Source: Candidatus Micrarchaeota archaeon (GTDB taxonomy: Archaea > Micrarchaeota > Micrarchaeia > Anstonellales > Bilamarchaeaceae). From it: a DNA stretch of 64,000 bases. Under the pieces are notes generated by a model. The model saw nothing but the letters and a program-made list of their open reading frames with translations. It was not told where the DNA came from and searched no databases. Below are positions 1 through 6,511 of this stretch, in pieces. How positions within the stretch are numbered: the first letter of the stretch is position 1; every line of letters begins with the position of its first letter. The position numbers were made by a program, and so were the translations under genes. Where the stretch lies: NCBI GenBank assembly GCA_022627495.1, contig JAKEGJ010000016.1:16995-80994 (forward strand), given 5' to 3'.

Positions 1-305
1 CCTACCCCCGCCAGTGCAGGGGCCCTGATGGCCGCACGTTCGTTTCAAGCGAGGATATGGCGGCAATCAACCAAAGCGTTCGGCAGAATGTTTCTTGCAA
101 GTGCAGGCTCCGCCAACAATGCTGCGAGGAATGCAAGGCCGCCTACAGCCAGAGCCCGGTTGCGGCCGGTCCAAATGGCGCGCAGTGCGGGCATTTCATC
201 AGCGGGAAGCCCATCAGCGACGAATGCGGCATTTACTTCGAATCCTTTCCTTCGACGGTTTCAGGATGCGGCTGAGCCGGAATCCAGGTTTCCGCCTGCA
301 CGATG

Positions 306-1790
306 TCATTCCACAAAGACCCCGGCGCCGCCCTTCTTCTCTTCGACGCGTATCATGGCGAGCGCGAGCGCTGCTGAAATGAATAGGATTGCCGAAGCGG
401 TTATGAAGACCGTGTGGTAGCCGAGTATCTGCGCCTTGAGGACCATGAGCGCCGCCGCCTGCTGCAGGATGGTCGGGTCGTGCGTGTTGATGATGCTGTT
501 TTGCGAAATCGCAAGCAGGCTGCTTTCGGTCGCATTTTTCAGGATTGTCGTGAAAATCGCTATTCCGAACGCGCCGGCGATGTTCCGCACAAGGGCGAGC
601 ACGGACGATGCAACGCCTATCTCTTCCTCCGGGACGGCGGACGCTATGATGTTGGTGCGCTGGGCCATCGCGAATCCCATCCCGGAAGCCATCACAAACA
701 CCGGGATAACCACGTCTATGGGGCCGGAGCGGGGGTCGAGCCCCAGGAAGAGGAGCATTCCTATCGCAGCGATGAATGTGCTGACTGCAATCACGATGCC
801 CGGTTTCACCCGCCCGACCAGCTTCGAGCCCAGGGGCGCGGAAATCATCATCCCGGCCGCCATCGGCATGAACATGAGCCCTGTCTGCGTGGCGTCATAG
901 CCGAGGAACGTCTGTACGAACACCGGGATGAGGAACACCCCGCCCATCATGCCCATGAACACGGTGAAATTGTTGGTCAGCGCGCCGACAAACGCCCCGA
1001 CCCTGAAGAACTTGAAATCGACTATCGGCTCAGGATGCACCGAATCTATTCGGTAGAATGCATATCCGAACAGCAGTATCGCAGCGTAGCATGCGAGAGC
1101 TTCGTAGGACGCCCATCCCCACTCAAGCCCCTTGTCCAGGACCAGGACGAGCGCGGATAGCATAATGCCTAGGGTAAGCGCCCCCCAGATGTCGAATTTC
1201 ACGGTTTTTTTCTCCGATACCGATTCCCGCACGAATAGGTACGCCATAGCAAGGCCGAGGATGCCGACTGGCAGATTGATTAGGAAAATTGAGCGCCAGC
1301 CGAAGGTGTCAATCAGGGGCCCGCCAAGCAGCGGCCCGAATACCGCGGACGCGGCGAAGGCAGATGACCATATGCCGAGTGCCTCGGCCCTCTCCCTGGT
1401 GCCGCGGAATGTCACGGCTATTATCGCCATCGCCGTAGGATAATCCGCCGAGCCTGCTATCGCCTGGATGACGCGGAACAATATCATCGAATTGAGGTCC
1501 CATGCCAGCCCTGCAAGAACCGAGCCCAAGATGAAGAGGCCGAAGCCCCAGATGTAGACCTTCTTCCTGCCGATTGTGTCCCCCAGCTTGCCCCAGACAG
1601 GCACGAACACCGCGTTTGCGAGGATGTAGGCGGTCGCAATCCAGCCGGCCTCGGAGACCGTTATCGAGAAATCCTCCATTATGCTCGGGAGGGCAAGGTT
1701 GACTATCGTCTGGTCCAGCCTTCCGAGGAATGTGCCAATTATGACGGTGAGAAGTATCCACCACCTCAAATTGTCCCCGGATTCAGACAT
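306..1790 (-). CDS. MFS transporter, DHA2 (EmrB/QacA-type) drug:H+ antiporter family
   Basis: 494-aa ORF with MFS N-terminal signatures (GRLDQTIVNLALPSI, WGKLGDTIGRKKVY, FRVIQAIAGS). Its length fits 14-TM DHA2 pumps. It lies downstream of HlyD-like and MarR genes on the same strand. Confidence 0.9.
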   Translation of the reverse strand: MSESGDNLRWWILLTVIIGTFLGRLDQTIVNLALPSIMEDFSITVSEAGWIATAYILANAVFVPVWGKLGDTIGRKKVYIWGFGLFILGSVLAGLAWDLNSMILFRVIQAIAGSADYPTAMAIIAVTFRGTRERAEALGIWSSAFAASAVFGPLLGGPLIDTFGWRSIFLINLPVGILGLAMAYLFVRESVSEKKTVKFDIWGALTLGIMLSALVLVLDKGLEWGWASYEALACYAAILLFGYAFYRIDSVHPEPIVDFKFFRVGAFVGALTNNFTVFMGMMGGVFLIPVFVQTFLGYDATQTGLMFMPMAAGMMISAPLGSKLVGRVKPGIVIAVSTFIAAIGMLLFLGLDPRSGPIDVVIPVFVMASGMGFAMAQRTNIIASAVPEEEIGVASSVLALVRNIAGAFGIAIFTTILKNATESSLLAISQNSIINTHDPTILQQAAALMVLKAQILGYHTVFITASAILFISAALALAMIRVEEKKGGAGVFVE

Positions 1791-1830
1791 TCGGAACCAG
1801 CTTCCCTGCCATGCGCGCCCGCCTAAGGCG

Positions 1831-2529
1831 TCATTTGATTATCCACATCTTCGCGGACATGCCGTTCTTCAGTTCCGGGTACGCCTGGGTGTCGAAAAGC
1901 GCCCGCACCTCGAACTCGCGGGGCTCCCTCTTGTCGGATATGCTGAACACGATGTCTGATGTCCGGGCGGTCATGGCCACAGAGTCCACGTACCCGACGT
2001 ATTCCTTCGGACCGAACGCGTCAACCGTGAAGATGACCTTCTGCCCCGGGCGGATGTCCGCGAGCCCCTTGTCCTCCTGTACGCGCCCGACCACCCGGAA
2101 ATCGCCGGGCTCGACCATCCTGACAATCGTGTCGCTTGGGCCCGTCATCTGCCCGGGATTGTCCTTCACCCAGATGACGATGCCGCGTGTTGCTGAATAG
2201 ACGGTCGTATTTCCGACAAGGGCGAGGCGCTGCCCTTCCGAGACGCCATCTCCCTCCTCCACGTACATCTTGACAATGGGCCCTGATACCGTCGGGCCGA
2301 TGGAGATTATAGGCGCGCTGATTTCGGCCTTTTCGACATATACCTTCCCTTCCATGTCATGGATGTAAAGGTATCCGGCGATGACGGCCGCAAGCACGAC
2401 TATCAGCACGAATTCCGTGAGCAGGGGGTGCTTCTTTATCCTTGAAACCAGGGGATTTTCCCCAATCCCCTTCTGGGCTTCGCGGCCAGGTTCCCGTGCA
2501 TGCGCCGAATGTCCTTCCATTTCAATCAC
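1831..2529 (-). CDS. HlyD/EmrA-family membrane-fusion (periplasmic adaptor-like) protein
   Basis: 232-aa ORF with one N-terminal TM (LLTEFVLIVVLAAVIAGYLYI) and a biotinyl-lipoyl-like hairpin (ISAPIISIGPTVSGPIVKMYVEEGDGVSEGQRLALV). It sits immediately upstream of the MFS pump. The start could instead be the ATG at 2520. Confidence 0.8.
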   Translation of the reverse strand: MIEMEGHSAHAREPGREAQKGIGENPLVSRIKKHPLLTEFVLIVVLAAVIAGYLYIHDMEGKVYVEKAEISAPIISIGPTVSGPIVKMYVEEGDGVSEGQRLALVGNTTVYSATRGIVIWVKDNPGQMTGPSDTIVRMVEPGDFRVVGRVQEDKGLADIRPGQKVIFTVDAFGPKEYVGYVDSVAMTARTSDIVFSISDKREPREFEVRALFDTQAYPELKNGMSAKMWIIK

Positions 2530-3007
2530 TGTCCAGTTTCGCTATTATCCTGTTGATTCTCTCCAAGGATTCGCAGAGCGTATCCAGTTCGTCCCTGTCC
2601 AATCCTGAAAGGTTCGCCCGTATTGCCGTCCTGGCCGCCTTCTTGCGGCCTTCGATGACCGCCCTTCCGCTACCGGTTATCTCCATGCGGATTATCCTCC
2701 TGTCCGCGCGGTCATGCTGGCGCCTGGCAAGGCCTTCGTCAATTAGCCGGTCTGCAAGCGCGGTTATGTTCGGCTTCGAGCATCCGAGCTTGCGGCTCAA
2801 TTCCGACATCGGAAGCGGCCCGTCATTGAGGAACGCAAGCATAACGTACTGAGGGTCGAGGGGCGGTGGCCTAAGGCCTGCGGTTTCGCTCCGGTTCCTC
2901 ATAATCTGGAATATCCTGATGAACGAGCCCAGGTTTTTCGCGATTCTCTCCACTTGCGCTTCGTCCATTCTGTCCACTTCCCCGCCCTGCATGCTGGAGG
3001 GGGGCAA
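2522..3007 (-). CDS. MarR-family transcriptional regulator
   Basis: 161-aa ORF with a winged-HTH pattern (MSELSRKLGCSKPNITALADRLIDEGLARRQHDRADRRIIRMEITGSG). It is the first gene of the MarR-HlyD-MFS unit. Confidence 0.85.
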   Translation of the reverse strand: MPPSSMQGGEVDRMDEAQVERIAKNLGSFIRIFQIMRNRSETAGLRPPPLDPQYVMLAFLNDGPLPMSELSRKLGCSKPNITALADRLIDEGLARRQHDRADRRIIRMEITGSGRAVIEGRKKAARTAIRANLSGLDRDELDTLCESLERINRIIAKLDSD

Positions 3008-3092
3008 ATTGATAATTAGTTAATGCCATGAACTATTTATAAACCCGCTGATGCGGTTTCCGGCACGCGTTTCCCTGGGGGGGGGGCGGATA

Positions 3093-3326
3093 TGCAGGAG
3101 GAAGGATTTGAACCTTCGAAGGCGCGTAGCCCGCGCTCCATCGCCATACATCGGCGCTGTCGCGCGTTAGGCCAGCAGATTTCCCAAACCGCGTTTGGAA
3201 AGGGAAAATAACGCAGCCGTTATCGGCTTGAAGGCTCACGACTTTTTCCGGGGTTTTTGCCACCAGAGAAGCCGAAGCCAAAAAGCCCCTTGAGTCTGCC
3301 ACGTTTGACCGCTTCGCTACTCCTGC
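3093..3326 (-). tRNA. tRNA-Leu(CAA) with a ~108-nt intron after position 37 and ~40 surplus nt in the variable region (probable second intron)
   Basis: Folded by hand on the minus strand: acceptor GCAGGAG/CTCCTGC, D-arm GCG-AAGCGGTCAAA-CGT, anticodon stem GCAGA...TCTGC with loop CTCAAG|intron|A, T-arm GAAGG-TTCAAAT-CCTTC, discriminator A. No CCA is encoded. The segment between anticodon stem and T-stem is 57 nt, against roughly 13-20 nt for a class-II variable arm. Confidence 0.7.
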
Positions 3327-3415
3327 ATGAGTGTTGCTGTTACGCCTGAGGAAATACCTCAGGCGGGAGGGCGAAGCACAAAAAGCCTGCTTTTTGACCG
3401 CCTCGCTACTCCTGC
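3327..3415 (-). pseudogene. Partial tandem duplicate of the tRNA-Leu 5' exon plus the start of its intron, lacking the anticodon arm
   Basis: The minus strand reads GCAGGAGTAGCGAGGCGGTCAAA, against GCAGGAGTAGCGAAGCGGTCAAA in the gene proper. It continues into GGCTTTTTGTGCTTCG (gene intron: GGCTTTTTGGCTTCG). The segment CGTGGCAGACTCAAGG is missing and there is no T-arm. Confidence 0.5.
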
Positions 3416-3482
3416 AAACTTTTTAGAAAACAACAATGAACAAAGTTCATTGTGCCCATTGTCCGAAGCGTCGGACAATAGG

Positions 3483-3528
3483 GAAGTTTGATCAAAAACT
3501 GTTTATTCATTCTTTTTATCAAACTTCC
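3483..3528. promoter_or_regulatory. 46-bp unit bounded by inverted copies of the GAAGTTTGAT box; the minus-strand copy faces the tRNA-Leu locus
   Basis: The sequence is GAAGTTTGATCAAAAACTGTTTATTCATTCTTTTTATCAAACTTC. The same 10-mer heads the cassettes at 3555, 45938 and 46289. Confidence 0.35.
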
Positions 3529-3554
3529 TTAAGGCAATGGTTGACATTCCTCAA

Positions 3555-3600
3555 GAAGTTTGATGAAAATTTAACCTTGGAGGAACCAAAGGAAATTTTC
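3555..3600 (+). promoter_or_regulatory. Orphan copy of the 46-nt promoter/leader cassette, with TAG where the other copies have ATG
   Basis: GAAGTTTGATGAAAATTTAACCTTGGAGGAACCAAAGGAAATTTTC|TAG has the same length and box positions as the cassettes upstream of rpl37ae and the RpoP-like ORF. It points into the 3' end of the convergent ferredoxin gene. Confidence 0.35.
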
Positions 3601-3881
3601 TAGTACTCGACAACGACCTTGCCCTTCTTTATCTTGCAGACGCAGGGAAGCCGCTCCGCCGGGTCGCCGCCGAATGTGGCAAGCCCCGCCTGCTCTATTT
3701 CGTTGGGCGCTTCCAAATTCTCCATGCCGGAGACGACTTTGACCTTGCACGAGCCGCAGCTGCCGGCCTTGCATGCAAAAAGGATTGAGCATTTGCCGTC
3801 GAGTTCCGCAAGGAGCGAGCCGTCTGCGACCTTGACCGTCTTCGAGTCGTTCTTGATTTCAACCTCTGCCATAATCATCAC
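3600..3881 (-). CDS. [2Fe-2S] ferredoxin (plant-type fold)
   Basis: 93-aa ORF with the Cys pattern C-x4-C-x2-C ... C (CKAGSCGSCKVKV ... LPCVCKI). Confidence 0.8.
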   Translation of the reverse strand: MMIMAEVEIKNDSKTVKVADGSLLAELDGKCSILFACKAGSCGSCKVKVVSGMENLEAPNEIEQAGLATFGGDPAERLPCVCKIKKGKVVVEY

Positions 3882-3921
3882 GTGCGGGAGAGTTCTGCGA
3901 AAAGATTTTTTATCTTATCGT

Positions 3922-3937
3922 AAATTCTTAAGAATTT
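3922..3937. promoter_or_regulatory. Perfect 16-bp palindrome AAATTCTTAAGAATTT upstream of the ferredoxin gene
   Basis: Verified as self-complementary by hand. It lies about 40-55 nt upstream of the ferredoxin start codons in AT-rich promoter-like sequence. Confidence 0.35.
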
Positions 3938-3944
3938 CCGATTC

Positions 3945-3969
3945 GCACAAAATTTTTGAAATTTTGTGC
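3945..3969. terminator. 11-bp perfect inverted repeat (GCACAAAATTT-TTG-AAATTTTGTGC) just downstream of trmI; hairpin, terminator or operator
   Basis: Checked by hand. It begins 16 nt after the trmI stop at 3985 on the minus strand and is T-rich. Confidence 0.3.
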
Positions 3970-3984
3970 TTGGATGCCCCGGCC

Positions 3985-4566
3985 TCATTTCCTCGCGAAA
4001 ACCATGTATGCGGTATGCAGGAGGCCGAAATTGGCCGGGCGGAAGCCGAATTCCCGGACCTCGTACTCCCTCATTATGCTCTCTGCCGTGAAGACCTCTG
4101 AAAACAGGGGCAATGCCGCAAGGTGGAGCCTCTTGGCCTGCTCGGACTGGAGGCAGTGCGCGGCAATGTATCCGCCCTTGCGCAGCGCCTTTTGCGCCAT
4201 CTCCGCGGCCTTCTCAGCCTCAGCGATGTCGCAGAAAACGAGGTCGAACGAGCCATCCTGCTCGTCAATGCCTTCAAGGACGTCCCTGTGCTTGAATGTG
4301 ACGTTCGTGAGCCCCGCCCGCTTCACATTGTCCTCCGCGAGCTTCCAGAATTCCTCCCGTTTCTCGTAGGAGACGACCTCCTTTGCGATATTGGCCATCT
4401 GGACGGTCATGAATCCGCTTCCAGAGCCGAGTTCAATCACGCGCGAGTCCTTCCCCAGCCCGGAGTACGCGATTACCATGCCCGCATCCTTGGGCAGCGT
4501 CACGGCCGGGCCGCCGCGCTTGAGCTTCCGCAGCAGCGGCGGGAAATGAAAATCAGGCTTAAACAT
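3985..4566 (-). CDS. trmI: tRNA (adenine-N1)-methyltransferase, TrmI/Gcd14 family
   Basis: SAM motif I (VIELGSGSGFMT) and a TrmI-like C-terminus (RPANFGLLHTAYMVFARK). The start is set at the ATG at 4566 (MFKPDF...) because the longer ORF to 4650 would overlap the divergent Pop5 gene. Confidence 0.75.
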   Translation of the reverse strand: MFKPDFHFPPLLRKLKRGGPAVTLPKDAGMVIAYSGLGKDSRVIELGSGSGFMTVQMANIAKEVVSYEKREEFWKLAEDNVKRAGLTNVTFKHRDVLEGIDEQDGSFDLVFCDIAEAEKAAEMAQKALRKGGYIAAHCLQSEQAKRLHLAALPLFSEVFTAESIMREYEVREFGFRPANFGLLHTAYMVFARK

Positions 4567-4631
4567 GTCAAAACCTCCAAATCCCTCTTGCTCCCTAAGA
4601 TATTTAATTGGGTTCGGGACAATCCTTCTCC

Positions 4632-4964
4632 ATGACCAAAGCGCGCGCACTGAAGAAGCGCTACATTCTTTTCGACCTGCAGTGCCCCGTGGGATTGGGG
4701 GCGGAGCAGCTCAAGCGCGCGCTATATGCAGAGGCGCTGAAATTCTTCGGCGAGCTCGGCCTGTCATACGCGGCGTTGAAGCTCGTCAGCTACGACGAAA
4801 AGGAAAGGCGCGGCATCATCCGCTGCGAGCGCGATTACCTGGACAAGGCCCTTGGCTTCCTGGCCCTTCTGAATGCCCTGGACGGGGCGGAAGCCCGCAT
4901 CGTTGCCATAAAGTCGAGCGGCACCATCCGGAGCCTCACCGAATCCTCCACCCATTCCAGATAG
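4632..4964 (+). CDS. rnp2: RNase P protein component 2 (Pop5/Rpp14 homologue)
   Basis: About 110 aa, opening KKRYILFDL, with GIIRCERDYLDKALGFLALL further in, typical of archaeal Pop5. Start chosen at MTKARALKKRY. Confidence 0.7.
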   Translation: MTKARALKKRYILFDLQCPVGLGAEQLKRALYAEALKFFGELGLSYAALKLVSYDEKERRGIIRCERDYLDKALGFLALLNALDGAEARIVAIKSSGTIRSLTESSTHSR

Positions 4965-5239
4965 CCTTTATTTCCGCGGGCAACGCTGACGCATGCGATT
5001 TCCGGGACGCTGTGCGGATGCGTTTCCTTAATCCTCTGTTCAAGCGCTCCGTACGCGCGCTTCGCTGTTTTTATCAGAAGGAGGCGTTCCGGGTGCTTCT
5101 CTATCCTGCCTTTCCACCTGTAGGTCGAGCTTTCAATCGGGATGACGCTCACGCAGGCGGCAAGGCCGAGTCCTACCAAATCCGCCGCGGCCTTTTCCGC
5201 GCTCGACTTGTCCGGATACGTAGAAAGGACGATTATCAT
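4835..5239 (-). CDS. cutA: Divalent-cation tolerance protein CutA
   Basis: Opens MIIVLSTYPDKSSAEKAAADLVGLGLAACVSVIP, then YRWKGRIEKHPERLLLIKT, then HPHSVPEIACV. The ORF continues about 35 codons past the usual CutA end and overlaps the Pop5 3' end. Confidence 0.85.
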   Translation of the reverse strand: MIIVLSTYPDKSSAEKAAADLVGLGLAACVSVIPIESSTYRWKGRIEKHPERLLLIKTAKRAYGALEQRIKETHPHSVPEIACVSVARGNKGYLEWVEDSVRLRMVPLDFMATMRASAPSRAFRRARKPRALSR

Positions 5240-5279
5240 CTCTCTCCCCAGTCACCCTTCATTCGTCGCGAATGAACCC

Positions 5280-6479
5280 TTAACCGCTTGGCTTCTTGAA
5301 GACAATCTCGATTACGTCCCTGTGCTTGAGCGAATGCTCCTTCCCTACGGCCTGCCGCGTCTTCACGTCAATCGCCTTGATGAATCCGCGTCCGATGTCC
5401 GAATGAAGCTTGAACGCGAAATCGAGCGCCGTCGTTTTGGGGGGGAGCAGGAAGCAGTCCGGCAGTACCCGCCCCTCGGAATCCTCCAGTTTGCCCACGC
5501 CGCCTGGGAAAATCGCGATGAAATGCAGGAAGTCGAACACGGCGGCATTCAGGCATTTCTGGATGCCCGTCCCCCCGTATTTGTCGCAGACGGCCTTCAT
5601 GATGTCCATGGCTTTTTTCTGCTCGGGATTCAGGTCCGCCTTCACCCGGAACTCCCTGTCCCCCGGGACATACTCTATGAAATTGGCCTTGGCGGCGCCT
5701 TTAAGGGCGATCTCGGCTTCAGCCGAACAGGCAATCACCAGGTAGTCCGGGAATGCCATCTTTATTTTCTGATAGTTGTCCCAGCCTGTGGACAGGTCGC
5801 ACTTGTTCGCGGCGATGATTATGGGCTTCCCAATCTGCCGGATTTTCTTGCAGAACCCGAGGCGTTCATCCCCGGACCAGTCCAGCAGGCTTTTTTCATC
5901 GAGATTCAGCTCCTTGAGGACGCGCCCGATGATGTCCTTCGTCATCCCCAGGCCGCTGAACTGCTCTGTCAGGAAATCCTCGTTCTTCTTCTTGTTCAGC
6001 TTGGCCTCGCGAACCAGCTTCTCCCAGTTCTTGTCAAGTATGCCCTTTATCCAATAATCCAGCTCCTGCTCCAGGAAGCGCACGTCGTTGCACGGGTCGT
6101 AGCTGCCCACGGGCACCTTGGCGCCCATCTCGTCTGTAGAGCCGCTTGCATCGACGATGTGCACGAGCACGTCCGCCTGCCGCAAGTCGTCGAGGAATTT
6201 GTTTCCGAGGCCCTTGCCCTCATGCGCGCCGGGGACCAGGCCGGCCACGTCCAGCAGTTCGACCGGCACGAAGCGCCTTCCGTTCGCGCAGAACCCGCTT
6301 CTCGGATTGCACTGCTTTCCGAACTCCTTGTCCACGCATTCGACTTCCACGTAAGCCATGGCCCGGTTCGGCTTGATTGTCGTGAAGGGGCGGGGCGAGC
6401 GCTCGACCGGCACCGATGTCGCGGCCATGAAGAACGTGCTTTTGCCTGTTGATGGTTTTCCCACTATCCCAATTAGCAT
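5280..6479 (-). CDS. OBG-class GTPase with C-terminal TGS domain (YchF/Ygr210-like)
   Basis: G1 motif GIVGKPSTGKST, G3 motif DVAGLVPGA, G4 motif NKCD. The C-terminus is TGS-like (IKAIDVKTRQAVGKEHSLKHRDVIEIVFK). Confidence 0.85.
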   Translation of the reverse strand: MLIGIVGKPSTGKSTFFMAATSVPVERSPRPFTTIKPNRAMAYVEVECVDKEFGKQCNPRSGFCANGRRFVPVELLDVAGLVPGAHEGKGLGNKFLDDLRQADVLVHIVDASGSTDEMGAKVPVGSYDPCNDVRFLEQELDYWIKGILDKNWEKLVREAKLNKKKNEDFLTEQFSGLGMTKDIIGRVLKELNLDEKSLLDWSGDERLGFCKKIRQIGKPIIIAANKCDLSTGWDNYQKIKMAFPDYLVIACSAEAEIALKGAAKANFIEYVPGDREFRVKADLNPEQKKAMDIMKAVCDKYGGTGIQKCLNAAVFDFLHFIAIFPGGVGKLEDSEGRVLPDCFLLPPKTTALDFAFKLHSDIGRGFIKAIDVKTRQAVGKEHSLKHRDVIEIVFKKPSG

Positions 6480-6511
6480 AACCTGCGTTTATCTGCCTCG
6501 TAAATAAAAAA

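Noticed and set aside
28-420. Three overlapping plus-strand ORFs at the left edge (28-420, 57-275, 95-382). The 57-275 frame encodes a 72-aa Cys-rich peptide with reasonable third-position GC.
   Set aside because: All three frames are open simply because the DNA is GC-rich. None has a recognisable motif, promoter or SD, and 28-420 runs antisense into the MFS gene. The 57-275 frame may be real, but I cannot support it.
3033-3302. 89-aa minus-strand ORF
   Set aside because: It lies entirely within the intron-containing tRNA-Leu gene. Its composition is Arg/Pro/Gly-rich and typical of non-coding GC-rich sequence.
3555-3600. Interpretation of the GAAGTTTGATGAAA boxes as C boxes (UGAUGA) of C/D-box sRNAs
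   Set aside because: No D or D' box (CUGA) at the required spacing is present in any of the copies. Two copies end exactly at start codons with an SD-like GGAGGAAA, which fits a promoter/leader better.
3619-4101. 160-aa plus-strand ORF downstream of the orphan cassette
   Set aside because: It is antisense to the well-supported ferredoxin and trmI genes, has a non-ATG start and low-complexity Ser/Pro/Leu content. It is kept only as a possible antisense-transcript region, not a CDS.
5142-6452. 436-aa plus-strand ORF
   Set aside because: It is fully antisense to the GTPase gene, which has clear G1/G3/G4 and TGS motifs. This is a shadow ORF of a GC-rich gene.
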